A stretch of DNA of 64,000 nt from Candidatus Latescibacterota bacterium (GCA_965203355.1 OZ241889.1:1728001-1792000), one strand, 5' to 3'. Positions 26,618 to 36,959 are shown, numbered from the stretch's first letter. The notes: a model not told the origin generated them from the letters alone. Made by a program: numbers and translations.

Positions 26618-27802
26618 ATGAAAATTACGCAGATCAAGACCTATTTGATGCAGTGTGCACCGCCGCAGTCGAGTGGTTGGTCGGCGCGCAACTGGCTCTT
26701 CGTCAAGGTCGAAACCAATGCTGGCGTCTACGGCGTGGGCGAGGCTTCGGGCTGGCCGCGCGTGGTCGAAACGGCCATACGCGATCTAACGCCTTTGATG
26801 ATCGGCGAAGATCCGTTTCACATCGAGCGGCTGTGGGGCAAAATGCAGGTGGCGATGATGGGGCACGGCATGACCGGCATCGTCGGCTCCGGCGCCATGA
26901 CCGGCATTGAGATGGCCTTGTGGGACATCAAGGGCAAGGCCCTTGGGCAGCCGGTGTGGAATCTCTTGGGCGGCAAAATGCGCGACCGGGTGCGGGTCTA
27001 TGCCCACGCGCATGAAACAGAGCGGGCACGCGCCTTGGTCGATCAAGGCTACACGGCGATCAAGACTGGGGGAATCAACAACTGCGTCGAAACGGTCGCC
27101 GCCCTCCGCAAAGAAGTCGGTGCCGAGGTCGATCTCATGGTCGATGTCCACGGCCCGCCTTGGCTGACGACGCGCGACGCCATTGCCTTGGGGCGCGCGC
27201 TTGAAGACTACGACTTGCTGTTTTACGAAGATCCGGTAGCCCCTGAAAACATCGACGCCCTCGCTCGGGTGGCCGACGCCGTGGATATTCCCATTGCCGC
27301 GGGCGAACGCCACGCCACCATTTGGGGAGTAAAGGAACTGATCGAGCGCGAAATCATCGACGTGGTACAGCCCGATACGGGCCGCGCTGGCGGGCTATCG
27401 CAGATGAAGAAAATGGCTGCTATGGCCGAGGCGCACTACTGCACGATGGCTCCACACGATGGCTCGTTGGGGCCGGTGGCCGAAATGGCGGCTGTCCACC
27501 TCATGGCCACGCTGCCCAATTTCTTGATCTTGGAACACCTAGCCGACGATGTGCCGCAGCGCTACGAGGTGATGACTGGTCAGCCCGAAGTGATCGACAG
27601 CCATATCGCCGTGCCGGATGCGCCCGGGCTGGGCGTGGACCTGGTCGAGGAGGCGATTGCCCGATATCCGTCGCAGGGCAACATCGCCGCTCCAGATACG
27701 AGCTACGACTATCAGTACGTCCAAACGCGCGTTGGGCGGGCGCTGTGGCTCAGCGAACGAGCAATGCCGCCGCCGGACTATCGGCCCGGCGAAATCTACT
27801 AG
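26618..27802 (+). CDS. Mandelate racemase family acid-sugar dehydratase (galactonate dehydratase-like)
   Basis: RNWLFVKVET, ALWDIKGK, VDVHG, YEDP, AGER, QPD, MAPH. Confidence 0.88.
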   Translation: MKITQIKTYLMQCAPPQSSGWSARNWLFVKVETNAGVYGVGEASGWPRVVETAIRDLTPLMIGEDPFHIERLWGKMQVAMMGHGMTGIVGSGAMTGIEMALWDIKGKALGQPVWNLLGGKMRDRVRVYAHAHETERARALVDQGYTAIKTGGINNCVETVAALRKEVGAEVDLMVDVHGPPWLTTRDAIALGRALEDYDLLFYEDPVAPENIDALARVADAVDIPIAAGERHATIWGVKELIEREIIDVVQPDTGRAGGLSQMKKMAAMAEAHYCTMAPHDGSLGPVAEMAAVHLMATLPNFLILEHLADDVPQRYEVMTGQPEVIDSHIAVPDAPGLGVDLVEEAIARYPSQGNIAAPDTSYDYQYVQTRVGRALWLSERAMPPPDYRPGEIY

Positions 27803-28914
27803 GCGTATAGCTTACCGGGATTGAAGATGCCTTGTGGGTCGAGGGCGTGCTTGAGCATCTGATTCATGCGCGCTGCGCCGGTGCTGAGCGGGGTAAAGGC
27901 GTCTTCGTTGTGTTCGTCGGCTGCAAAGCGCCAGCCGATGGCTTGGTGGCGTGCGGCGGTGCGATGCAAACGCACGGCTTGGGCGGCCACGGGTAACAAT
28001 GCCCACAGCAAGCCGCCGGCCCAGTCCAGCCCCCAGCGGCTCAGCCCTTCGGCCTCTAGTGCTTTCATTAATTGCGCCATTTTGGTCGGCGGCCCAGCAA
28101 AGCGCCAGCGCTGTTGGTGCGCGGCTGGTACCAGCCATTCAAGCTCGCGCCAGCGCCGCCAGAAGGTGCGCGATTCGGCCTCTTCTATTATCTCCGACTC
28201 GGCTGATGCTTCTACGCGCAACGTTGCTAGCTGGGCCCGCACTGCTGGCTCCGGGCCTTCAACGCGGGCGGCTAGCCGGTCGGCATCGCAGACTAGGCCG
28301 GTGATTTGGAGGGGCCGCGCCGCCCAAGCGAGCATGTGCGCCAACGCCGCAGTGGGCGTCAGTCCGCGAATGAACAGCGTTGCTTGAGTTTCAGGGCGCG
28401 GCCAGACCTTGAGGCAGACTTCGGTAAGCACGCCCAGCGTTCCGAAGGAGCCGGCCAACACTTTGGACAGATCGTAACCTGTGACGTTTTTGACGACTTT
28501 GCCGCCGGTGCGAATGCGCGCGCCGCGGCCGTCGATCAGCTCGGCTCCGAGCAAGTGGTCGCGCAGTGCGCCCATCTTAAAACGCCGCGGCCCTGAGAGG
28601 TTGCAGGCCACGGTGCCGCCGATGGTTGCGGCCGCACCCCAAGCGGGCGGCTCAAAAGCGAGGTACTGGTTTTCGCCGCGGCACAGGGCTTCTATTTTGC
28701 TCAGCGTGGTGCCGGGGCGCGCGACTAGGACTAACTCGTTTGGCTCGTAGCTGATGATGCCGGTCAGAGCGGAGAGGTCGAGAGGGGTTCCTGCGGGGGG
28801 GCGTCCGAGAAAGGATTTGGTGCGGCCGGCAAAAATGTTTAAGGCCGCGTTTTCGGCTAGGGCGCGGCGGACTCGCGCTTGGATGGCGTCGGCTGCGTCG
28901 TCGCCTTGGTGCAT
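27799..28914 (-). CDS. glcE: Glycolate oxidase FAD-binding subunit GlcE-like
   Basis: GIISYEPNELV, AFEPP, GGKVVKNVTGYDLSK, DWAGGL, DPQGIFNPG. Confidence 0.85.
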   Translation of the reverse strand: MHQGDDAADAIQARVRRALAENAALNIFAGRTKSFLGRPPAGTPLDLSALTGIISYEPNELVLVARPGTTLSKIEALCRGENQYLAFEPPAWGAAATIGGTVACNLSGPRRFKMGALRDHLLGAELIDGRGARIRTGGKVVKNVTGYDLSKVLAGSFGTLGVLTEVCLKVWPRPETQATLFIRGLTPTAALAHMLAWAARPLQITGLVCDADRLAARVEGPEPAVRAQLATLRVEASAESEIIEEAESRTFWRRWRELEWLVPAAHQQRWRFAGPPTKMAQLMKALEAEGLSRWGLDWAGGLLWALLPVAAQAVRLHRTAARHQAIGWRFAADEHNEDAFTPLSTGAARMNQMLKHALDPQGIFNPGKLYA

Positions 28915-28930
28915 GGGCGCGGAGACTCGC

Positions 28931-29158
28931 TCAGACCTTAATCCCGTTTTCTTTCAGGAACTGATGGACGCCTTTTTTGTTTAAGGTGCGTAGGGCACGG
29001 GCGGTCAGGCGGAGGGTGACGGTGCGGTTTTGCTCGGGAATGAAGATGCGCTTTTTGATGAGATTGGGCTGTTGGACGCGCTTGGTTTTGCGCTGCGAGT
29101 GACTGACGTTGTTGCCAACTAGGCCCTTAACTTGGGTCAGGCTGCATTGTCTGGCCAT
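28931..29158 (-). CDS. rpmB: 50S ribosomal protein L28
   Basis: MARQC...GNNVSHSQRKTKR...PNL. Confidence 0.96.
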   Translation of the reverse strand: MARQCSLTQVKGLVGNNVSHSQRKTKRVQQPNLIKKRIFIPEQNRTVTLRLTARALRTLNKKGVHQFLKENGIKV

Positions 29159-29184
29159 GAGTGCCTCCCTGTAAGAAACTACAA

Positions 29185-29213
29185 AACATAGCGGTACTGA
29201 GCCGATAAGTCAA
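29185..29213 (-). promoter_or_regulatory. Sigma70 promoter of rpmB
   Basis: TTGACT-17 nt-TATGTT on the minus strand. Confidence 0.6.
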
Positions 29214-29305
29214 TGATGAGAGGCTCTTGACAAAAAGAGGGCCTCGAATGACCTTAAAAATGCCAATCAACGCGATCCAATGACCAATCCCTCCTATACC
29301 ACTTT

Positions 29306-32300
29306 ATGAAATTTAAATGCTGTTTCTCGGTGCTCGCGCTTTTTTGCGGGAGTGCGGCCTTGGCGGAATTGCGCGTAAGCGAACAGACGCCACAACGCCT
29401 GCGGTTGGTTTGGCTCCCCGAAGGCCGAGAATTGGAGCAGGGGCGCAGTGCCTTGGTCGGCGTCCCAACCGACGGACAGGTTCGCGTAGAACGGGTCGAA
29501 GCCCGGGTGGCGCGGACGGATCGCGCCGCTGAAGACGACGCGCCCACGCCCGGGCCGGTCTTTCTCGGCGAAAGCGGATTTGTGCGTCGCCAGCGCGTTG
29601 TTCCGGTGGCGTTTGCCCCGCATGTCGAAGCGGACGGGACGCGAACTCTATACGATCGCATCGTCGTTGATCTACACGTGACCGGCAGCCGCGGCGCGCG
29701 CGTTGCCGACCCTTGGGGCGAGGCGTTTTACCGAGGGCTGCTCGTCAATCCCGAGCAAGCCAAGAACTGGCGCTTGCCACCCAAACGGCGGTCGGCGCGC
29801 AAAGCCGCGTTGCAGGAAGGGACTTGGCTGCGGATTTTCGTCGCAGAAGAGGGGATCTACCGGATATCGGGAGCCGACTTAGCGGCCGCTGGGGTGTCGC
29901 TCGCCGACGTCGATCCCGCGAGTTTGCGCCTGTTCTACGGCGGCGGCAATGTCCTGCCGATCGACGAGATAAACCCGCCCCAAGCGCTGCGGGAAGAGGG
30001 CTTGGTCGTAGAAGACGGGGGCGATGGCCGCTTGGACGCGGACGACTTCTTCTTGTTTTGGGCCGAGCCGGTCAGCCGCTGGGAATACTCGCAAGATAGC
30101 CGCTCGTTTCAGTATCGGCACAATCTCTACACGCGCGAAAACGCGTACTGGCTGGGTTTCGGCGGTGGAGGCGAGGGGCAGCGGGCCGAGCACCGGAGCG
30201 GTGCTCGGGTAGCGTCCGATCCGCTGCAGCCCACGAGTTATCGGGTGCGAATCCACGAGGAAGCCGAGCAGTTCATTCTCATCCAGCTTTATGGCATCAA
30301 GTCCGGCTACACTTGGTACTGGGAGGATTTTCGCGGCAATGCGCGCAATTTCCCGATAGTGGCGCGGCAGGTCGCGCCCGAGCCGGTGGCGGTGCGTTTG
30401 GGCTTTATCGGGGTGCCTGGGACGCAGCCGCGTTTTTCAGTGCGCTGGAACGAAGAGACCATTGGAACAGCGGCTTTTGCGATCCCAGCGGAAGCGGGCC
30501 AGATGCCGGTTACATCGGATACGCTGTGGACGACGCGCGGCGCGCAGGAAGGGCTGAATCACCTGGGGATCTTTCACTCCGGCAATCCGGCGCGCTTCGA
30601 CTGGTATGAGGTCGAATACAGCCGCAACTTTGTCGCCGAGCGCGGCGAATTGCGCTTCACCTATCCGCTGACGAGCACCACCCAATTTCGCCTCGCTGGT
30701 TTTGCCGCCGCCCGGCCGCGCGTCTTTGAGGTGTCGGCGGGGTTGGCCGAGATCGTGGACTTCGAGTACGACGCGCAGGCCGGAACGGTACTTTTTCAGG
30801 ATCGGCCCGGGGAGGTGCCGCGTCATTATGCCGTGGGTGGCCCGGAGGCTTGGAAGCGGCCGGTCCGCCTTGAACTCGACCGGCCCGGCCGCTTGACGAC
30901 TCGGAGCCGGGGCGCTGATTGGGTGGCGATTTACCACCGCGATTTTCGCGCGGCGGCCGAGCGCTTGGCACAATGGCGGGCTGAAGACGACCGCTTCGGG
31001 CCGCCCCTACGGACCATGGCCATCGACGTCCAAGACATCTACGACGAATTTTCCGGGGGCCTTTTAGACCCGGCGGCGATCCGCAATTTTCTCGCCTACG
31101 CGGCCGAGCACTGGGATCCCGCGCCGCTTTTTGTGGCTTTAATCGGCGATGGATCATACGATTACAAAAACAATTCATCTCTCAGTCAGGGCAATTGGAT
31201 TCCGCCCTTCCAAGACGGCGACAGCACCTACGACGAGTGGTACACGCGCGTGGTGGGCGGTGATTTGTACCCCGACATGGCCGTTGGGCGGCTGCCCGTG
31301 CAGACCGCGGCCGAGGCCGATGGGGTCGTCGATAAAATCATCGCCTACGACCGCGCCCCTGAAGCAGGGCCTTGGCAGAGCCGACAGGTACTAGTTTCGG
31401 ACGACTTGCTCAATCGAGACAAGCCGGGCGCGGTCGAGTCGTTCTTCATCAACGATAGCGAAAACATGGCCCGCAACGTCCTGCCCAATTCGTTGGATTT
31501 GATCAAGCTCTACATCGCCCAATTCCCCTTAGAGGGACGGGAGAAACCGCGGGCGCGCGACGAGTTTATTCGGCTTTTCAACGAGAGTGCGCTCACTGTG
31601 ACTTATTTGGGGCACGGCAGCTTTAACGTGCTGGCCCACGAGAGCATGTTCCTGCTCGACCGCGACTTAGACAAGCTCAAAAACGGCGGTCGCCTGCCCT
31701 TGTTCTACACGGCTGCGAGTCAAGTTGGGGTGTTCGACGATCCAGTGCGCATCTCCATGCCCGAAGCACTCCTAAAGAAGGAAGACGGGGGCGTGATCGG
31801 CATGATTTGCGCGACCCGGGTCGGGTGGCACGGCACCAACGTCCAGTTGGCCAACCAGTTCTACTGGCAGATGTACCACACCGGACGGGAACACGTGCCG
31901 ATTGGGCTCGCCCTGTTCGAAGCTAAGCTAGTGCTGCTGCCGAACTATAGCCCCAACGCCGCCAATGCCTACAGTACATTCCGCAATATTCAGCGCTACT
32001 CGCTCTTCGGCGACCCGGCGACGCGCTTGGCCATGCCGCGCTTTCAGGTGCAGATCGACGCGGCCGACTCGCTCCGCGCCCTCGGCGAGGTAGCCATCGC
32101 CGGCCAAGTGCTCGACGCGGCGGGTGCGCTGGCTACGGCCTATGCGGGCCAAGTGTGGTTGCAGGCCTTTGATTCGAGTGAAGAGAGCGCCCTAGAGGGC
32201 TATACGTACCAGCAGACCGGTGCTCCCATGTTTCGCGGTCGCTTTCCTGTAGCCGAGGGCCGCTTCCGCGCCGCGTTTCGAGTCCCCAAAGACATTACGT

Positions 32301-33031
32301 ACGGCGGGCAAAACGGCCGCATCAGTGCCTACGTCTGGAGCGATGATCAGCCGGCGGCTGTTGGCGCGGTGAGTGAACTGGTGCTGGCGGGCACGGCTGA
32401 AGGAGTGGAAGCGGATGTGGAAGGTCCCGAAATTTCCCTGCGCTTCACGGGAGCCAAAGGCAACGCGATTCCGCGGCAGACGGTGTTGTTGGCCTCGATT
32501 GCGGATCCCAGCGGCATCAACATCACCGGAGAAACCGGGCACGAAATTGAGCTGGCCATCGACGGCGAGCTATTCACTTTGACGGATCTGTACAGCGTGC
32601 AGGGCGGGGATTATCGGCAGGGGGTCATCGAATTTCCCTTGCCCGAATTGGCCATCGGCCAACGCGAAATCCGCTTGAAGGCTTGGGACAACTTCAACAA
32701 TTCGTCGCGTGCGACCGTGGTCGTCACGGTCGGAGACGACGAAGGCGAGGCCGGCCTTACCAACGTCCTATTTTATCCGAATCCCATGCGCGATAGCGGC
32801 CACTTCACGTATGAGTTAGCAGACGAGATGCAGGCGGTGCAGATAGCGGTCTTTTCGCTGGCTGGGCGGCTGATAGAGCGGCTAGCGGGGCCGACACGCG
32901 CTGGCTACAACCAAGTGCCCTGGACGCCGCCGCCGGGTTTGGCCAACGGCGCGTATATTTATCGAATAGAAGCCGAGGGGGCACGCGGTGCGGCGGTCGC
33001 ACGGCGCGCTGTCTTGCAGGTCGCCAAGTGA
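29306..33031 (+). CDS. porU: PorU-like C25 (gingipain-fold) sortase with T9SS C-terminal domain
   Basis: Signal peptide; DIYDEFSGG.LDPAAIRNFL, GDGSYDYKN, AVGRLPV, YLGHG, LFGDPA, DPSGINITG, LKAWDNFNNSS, FYPNP. Confidence 0.88.
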   Translation: MKFKCCFSVLALFCGSAALAELRVSEQTPQRLRLVWLPEGRELEQGRSALVGVPTDGQVRVERVEARVARTDRAAEDDAPTPGPVFLGESGFVRRQRVVPVAFAPHVEADGTRTLYDRIVVDLHVTGSRGARVADPWGEAFYRGLLVNPEQAKNWRLPPKRRSARKAALQEGTWLRIFVAEEGIYRISGADLAAAGVSLADVDPASLRLFYGGGNVLPIDEINPPQALREEGLVVEDGGDGRLDADDFFLFWAEPVSRWEYSQDSRSFQYRHNLYTRENAYWLGFGGGGEGQRAEHRSGARVASDPLQPTSYRVRIHEEAEQFILIQLYGIKSGYTWYWEDFRGNARNFPIVARQVAPEPVAVRLGFIGVPGTQPRFSVRWNEETIGTAAFAIPAEAGQMPVTSDTLWTTRGAQEGLNHLGIFHSGNPARFDWYEVEYSRNFVAERGELRFTYPLTSTTQFRLAGFAAARPRVFEVSAGLAEIVDFEYDAQAGTVLFQDRPGEVPRHYAVGGPEAWKRPVRLELDRPGRLTTRSRGADWVAIYHRDFRAAAERLAQWRAEDDRFGPPLRTMAIDVQDIYDEFSGGLLDPAAIRNFLAYAAEHWDPAPLFVALIGDGSYDYKNNSSLSQGNWIPPFQDGDSTYDEWYTRVVGGDLYPDMAVGRLPVQTAAEADGVVDKIIAYDRAPEAGPWQSRQVLVSDDLLNRDKPGAVESFFINDSENMARNVLPNSLDLIKLYIAQFPLEGREKPRARDEFIRLFNESALTVTYLGHGSFNVLAHESMFLLDRDLDKLKNGGRLPLFYTAASQVGVFDDPVRISMPEALLKKEDGGVIGMICATRVGWHGTNVQLANQFYWQMYHTGREHVPIGLALFEAKLVLLPNYSPNAANAYSTFRNIQRYSLFGDPATRLAMPRFQVQIDAADSLRALGEVAIAGQVLDAAGALATAYAGQVWLQAFDSSEESALEGYTYQQTGAPMFRGRFPVAEGRFRAAFRVPKDITYGGQNGRISAYVWSDDQPAAVGAVSELVLAGTAEGVEADVEGPEISLRFTGAKGNAIPRQTVLLASIADPSGINITGETGHEIELAIDGELFTLTDLYSVQGGDYRQGVIEFPLPELAIGQREIRLKAWDNFNNSSRATVVVTVGDDEGEAGLTNVLFYPNPMRDSGHFTYELADEMQAVQIAVFSLAGRLIERLAGPTRAGYNQVPWTPPPGLANGAYIYRIEAEGARGAAVARRAVLQVAK

Positions 33032-33127
33032 GCATGGCGAGAGGAATGCCTTTGCAGCAATGAGATCGCCTTAGTACGTAGGAGGCATCATTTTTCTATT
33101 TTATTCCGAGCTGAGGAGGACTCCGCT

Positions 33128-34180
33128 ATGAGGAAACTGACGACCCTGCTGTTGGCTGGCCTTTGCGTCAGCGCATGGCCCGATGGGGTCCGGGCCACGC
33201 CCGAGAGCCGCAGTGCTCCGCTGCTGTTGTTGATCGAGCCGGGTTCCCGCGCCATTGCCATGGGCGAATCGTACGTGGCGGTGGCCGATGACGCCACTGC
33301 GAGCTACTTCAACCCAGCCGCGCTTGTCGGGCAAAACAAGAAAAAGCTCCACCTTTCACACACCAAGTGGCTGCCGAAGCTGGCCGATGACTTGTCCTAC
33401 GAGTTTTTGGCCTATTCCCAGCCCGTAGAAGGATGGGGCAGCTTTGGCTTCAATGTCGCACTGCTCAATCTAGGCGAGCAGATCCGCACGGACGAGCGCG
33501 GCAACCAACAAGGCACTTTCCGCAGCTATGACGTGGCGGTGTCTGCGGCCTACGGGGCGCATATCGGCGACCATTCGGCCGCTGGTATCGGCTTGAAGTT
33601 CATCCGCAGCAATTTGGCCGACGCCGGGGCCGGCATTGAGCGAGGGCGAGGTGTGGGCAACAGCTTTGCCGCGGATTTGGGTTTTTTGTGGAAGCCCGTT
33701 CCCAGCCTCAGTTTTGGCGCGGCCCTGCGCAATCTAGGCCCTAAAATTGCCTATATCGACGCCGATCAGGCCGATCCGCTGCCCCAGCACATCGTCGTCG
33801 GAGTGGCCTACGACGTGATGGATACCCAATACAACGACCTGATGCTCTCCTTTGATCTGTACAAGCCGCTGATTGCCGATGGGTCTTTTGTCGGCAACTT
33901 GGCCAAGGCCTGGGCCGACGAGGGCCTGAGCAACGAGTTCAAGGAGATGGACCTGCACGTGGGCGGCGAATACAAATACGGGCTTTCCGCGCGCGAAGGG
34001 GAGGCGTTTATCGCGTTGCGGGCGGGCCTTTCTCAGGATTTCGATGGCGAGGTGAGCACCAAGACCTTTGGCGTTGGGCTAAAATACAATCGCTTCCAGT
34101 TTGACGTGGCGTATATAATCGGCAGCGAAGAGACGGTGGTGGGAGACAATACGCCCATTTCCATGAACATCATTTTCTGA
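33128..34180 (+). CDS. porV: PorV family outer-membrane beta-barrel
   Basis: LLIEPGSRAIAMGE, ADDATASYFNPA, HTKWLPKLADDL, KFIRSNL, NLGPKI; terminal Phe; directly after porU. Confidence 0.88.
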   Translation: MRKLTTLLLAGLCVSAWPDGVRATPESRSAPLLLLIEPGSRAIAMGESYVAVADDATASYFNPAALVGQNKKKLHLSHTKWLPKLADDLSYEFLAYSQPVEGWGSFGFNVALLNLGEQIRTDERGNQQGTFRSYDVAVSAAYGAHIGDHSAAGIGLKFIRSNLADAGAGIERGRGVGNSFAADLGFLWKPVPSLSFGAALRNLGPKIAYIDADQADPLPQHIVVGVAYDVMDTQYNDLMLSFDLYKPLIADGSFVGNLAKAWADEGLSNEFKEMDLHVGGEYKYGLSAREGEAFIALRAGLSQDFDGEVSTKTFGVGLKYNRFQFDVAYIIGSEETVVGDNTPISMNIIF

Positions 34181-34235
34181 GGGTGTTTCCATCGGACGCT
34201 GGTTTTGTTGCCGCGGCGCGCGGCGACGCTGCGAT

Positions 34236-36959
34236 TTGGCTCCCTTGCTCCTCTTAGGCTTCTGCCTCACACTGCTGTGGTCAGCGGCCACCGACGCGGC
34301 TGCCGAGTGGCGAATTTTGGCTTTGCGCGTGGATTTTCCGCGCGAAGAGCCCGATGAGCTGACGACCACTGGAATCGGCGCGTTTGATCTGCGGTCGGCC
34401 GCGGAAGCGGCTGAGAGTTACGCGCTTCCCTACGACCTGCCGCCGCACGACCGCGCTTATTTCGAGCGGCATTTGACCGCGTTGGCGCGTTACTACGAGG
34501 TCGTATCCGCCGGTCGGGTGGCGATTTCCGCCGAGGTATTTCCCCGCGCCGCACAGCAGGCGTACACCCTTCCCCAACCCATGCTTCACTACGGCAACGG
34601 GCGCACGACCGAGGAAATCGGCGCGAAGTGGATCGAGTTGGTCCGCGATGCCCTGTACGCTGCGCTAGCCGATCCCGATGGCCCGCGCTTGGACGAATTC
34701 AACAGCTTCCTCGTGTTGCACGCTGGAGTTGGCTACGAGACGGGCGCACTGAACGATATTCGCTCGGTATTCCTAGCCGAGAGCGATTTTGCGGGTTTTA
34801 ACGGGGGGCCGCTGACCGTGGGGGGGGTGGAGATTGAGCAGGCGTGGATCCTGCCAGAATCGCCCAGCCTCAACGGTCGGGCTGGCCTCAATGGCTTGCT
34901 GGCCAAGTTCTTTGGCCACCAGTTGGGTCTGCCCGGGTTGTCCAATTTCGCCGAAGGTACCCCGGCGCTGGGCGGTTGGAGCCTGATGGATATAGGAGCC
35001 AATGTTTCGGGCTACGTGCGGACCGACAGCCTCGCGTGGGTGGTTGGTTTCGCTCCGCCGCATCCCATGGCGTGGAGCAAGATGCAGCTGGGGTGGATCG
35101 AGCCGGTGGTGGTGCGGCGCGACACGGTACTATCGCTGCTGGCGACCGACCGCAACGGCGATCTGCCCAAGGCCGTGCGCATCCCCATTGACGCGCACGA
35201 ATACTTTTTGCTGGAGAACAGGCAGCAGCGCGGCCAGCGCGGGATTGAAGATAAGGTGTGGATCGACCTCGATCAGGTCTCCCTAGCAGAGGGCGTGTGG
35301 ACGGCGATGGACGAATACGACGCCTTTGTCCCGGGGTCGGGGGTGCTGATATGGCACGTAGATGAAGGCGTGATGGCTCGCGCCGGGGATCCCAGTGCCG
35401 CGAATAATCAGGCCCATTGGCAGGCGATTGCCTTGGAAGAAGCCGATGGATACCGCGACATTGGCCATCCGGTCTTTGAGCGGCAAGGGCAGATCGAGGG
35501 GTCACCAGACGATCCGTTGTTTGTCGGCGGACAAACGCTGTTTGGCGCGGCGACCCAACCCGATTCGCGCAGCAATCGGGAGTGGGAGACCGGCATTGAA
35601 ATCGAAGTGCTTTCCACACCCGGTGATACCATGCAGGTGGCTATACGCTTTGCGCGTGTGCGCTTAGGCTGGCCGCGGGATTTGCCGGGCGACGGTCGGC
35701 TGCAAACCGCCGATCTGGACGGCGACGGAATACAAGAGTTGCTCTTTGAAGCCGGGGGGGGCGTCGGCTATGCGACCGGCGACAGCGTGGCGGCGTGGCA
35801 AGTACCAAGGGCGCGGTTGCTGGCGGCTGGCGACGGCGACGGCGATGGCCGGCCCGAGGTTTTTTTGCGGCGCGACGCCGAGGTGAGCGCGTGGGACGTT
35901 GGGGCGGACCAACCGCTATGGCAACTGGCGCTAGATGAAGTGCTGTCGGACGCGCGTTTCAGCGCGGCCGCCGCGGCCGAGTTGCTACTTGTCGGAGCGG
36001 AACAAACCTATGTGGTAGATGCCATAAGCGGCGCGCTAAAGCAACAAAGGCCGCCGATGATGCCCTCGGCTGTAGGCGATTTGGACGGCGACGGCCAAAT
36101 CGAGCGGATCTTTGCCGCGGCTGACGGACAGGTCGAGATCGGAGGGCGGGTCGTCGAGTTGGGCGATTCGCTCGCCGCGCCGCCGGTCTTGGGCGATTTG
36201 GATGGCGATGGCTTGTTGGAGGTGGTTTTGCTGGCGCGCGGTGGAGCGATACACGCCTTGCGCTCCGACGGATTGGGCCAAGCCGACTTTCCCACGGCCT
36301 TGCCGCGCTTTGCCGCAGCCGGCGACCCGGTCTTCGAGCCGGTGCTTTGCGACGTGGATGCCGACGGCAAACAGGAGATATTCGTCGCCGGCCCCAGCGG
36401 GATTTTTGGCGTAGACGAGGATGGGCGGCTCTTGTCGGGCTTTCCCCTGCTGATGGCCGCGCCCCCGACCGCGTCGCCGGTGGTAGTGGACTTAGACGGC
36501 GATGGCCGGTTGGCGTTAGCGGCCTTGGCGAGCACGGCTGTGTATGCGTGGGATTTGCCGGCGGTGGCGGCGCAGTACACCGGAGGACCGGCCCATTGGT
36601 CGCAGGCCGGTGCCGATGCGGCGGGGTCGCGGACGGTGCTGGTGGCTGGGCGGCCCGTTGTGCGGCCTGGGAAGCCCTTGCTAGATCGGGTCTATTGCTA
36701 TCCGAATCCGGTCGGCCCGAATGAAGCAGCGCGGTTGCGCTTTGCGCTGAGTGCGGCCGGGCGCGTTGAATTGGAGGTATTCGATGCGTTGGGCGGGCGC
36801 GTTGGCCAGTTCGGCCGCGACGGCTTGGCCGCTGGTGAGCGCGAAATCACGTGGCCGGTGGCAGCCTATGCGAGCGGCCTGTATCTGTGCCGATTGATCG
36901 CGCACAGCGACGACGGACGGCGCGCCGAAGCCGTGGTCAGAATGGCGGTGAGTCAATGA
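34236..36959 (+). CDS. M6 (immune inhibitor A)-like protein with degenerate zinc motif, FG-GAP repeats and T9SS C-terminal domain
   Basis: ILALRVDF, HAG, GHQLGLP, WSLMD, EYFLLENR, GVLIWHVDE, LEEADG; multiple DLDGDG; CYPNP. Start codon uncertain. Confidence 0.8.
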   Translation: MAPLLLLGFCLTLLWSAATDAAAEWRILALRVDFPREEPDELTTTGIGAFDLRSAAEAAESYALPYDLPPHDRAYFERHLTALARYYEVVSAGRVAISAEVFPRAAQQAYTLPQPMLHYGNGRTTEEIGAKWIELVRDALYAALADPDGPRLDEFNSFLVLHAGVGYETGALNDIRSVFLAESDFAGFNGGPLTVGGVEIEQAWILPESPSLNGRAGLNGLLAKFFGHQLGLPGLSNFAEGTPALGGWSLMDIGANVSGYVRTDSLAWVVGFAPPHPMAWSKMQLGWIEPVVVRRDTVLSLLATDRNGDLPKAVRIPIDAHEYFLLENRQQRGQRGIEDKVWIDLDQVSLAEGVWTAMDEYDAFVPGSGVLIWHVDEGVMARAGDPSAANNQAHWQAIALEEADGYRDIGHPVFERQGQIEGSPDDPLFVGGQTLFGAATQPDSRSNREWETGIEIEVLSTPGDTMQVAIRFARVRLGWPRDLPGDGRLQTADLDGDGIQELLFEAGGGVGYATGDSVAAWQVPRARLLAAGDGDGDGRPEVFLRRDAEVSAWDVGADQPLWQLALDEVLSDARFSAAAAAELLLVGAEQTYVVDAISGALKQQRPPMMPSAVGDLDGDGQIERIFAAADGQVEIGGRVVELGDSLAAPPVLGDLDGDGLLEVVLLARGGAIHALRSDGLGQADFPTALPRFAAAGDPVFEPVLCDVDADGKQEIFVAGPSGIFGVDEDGRLLSGFPLLMAAPPTASPVVVDLDGDGRLALAALASTAVYAWDLPAVAAQYTGGPAHWSQAGADAAGSRTVLVAGRPVVRPGKPLLDRVYCYPNPVGPNEAARLRFALSAAGRVELEVFDALGGRVGQFGRDGLAAGEREITWPVAAYASGLYLCRLIAHSDDGRRAEAVVRMAVSQ

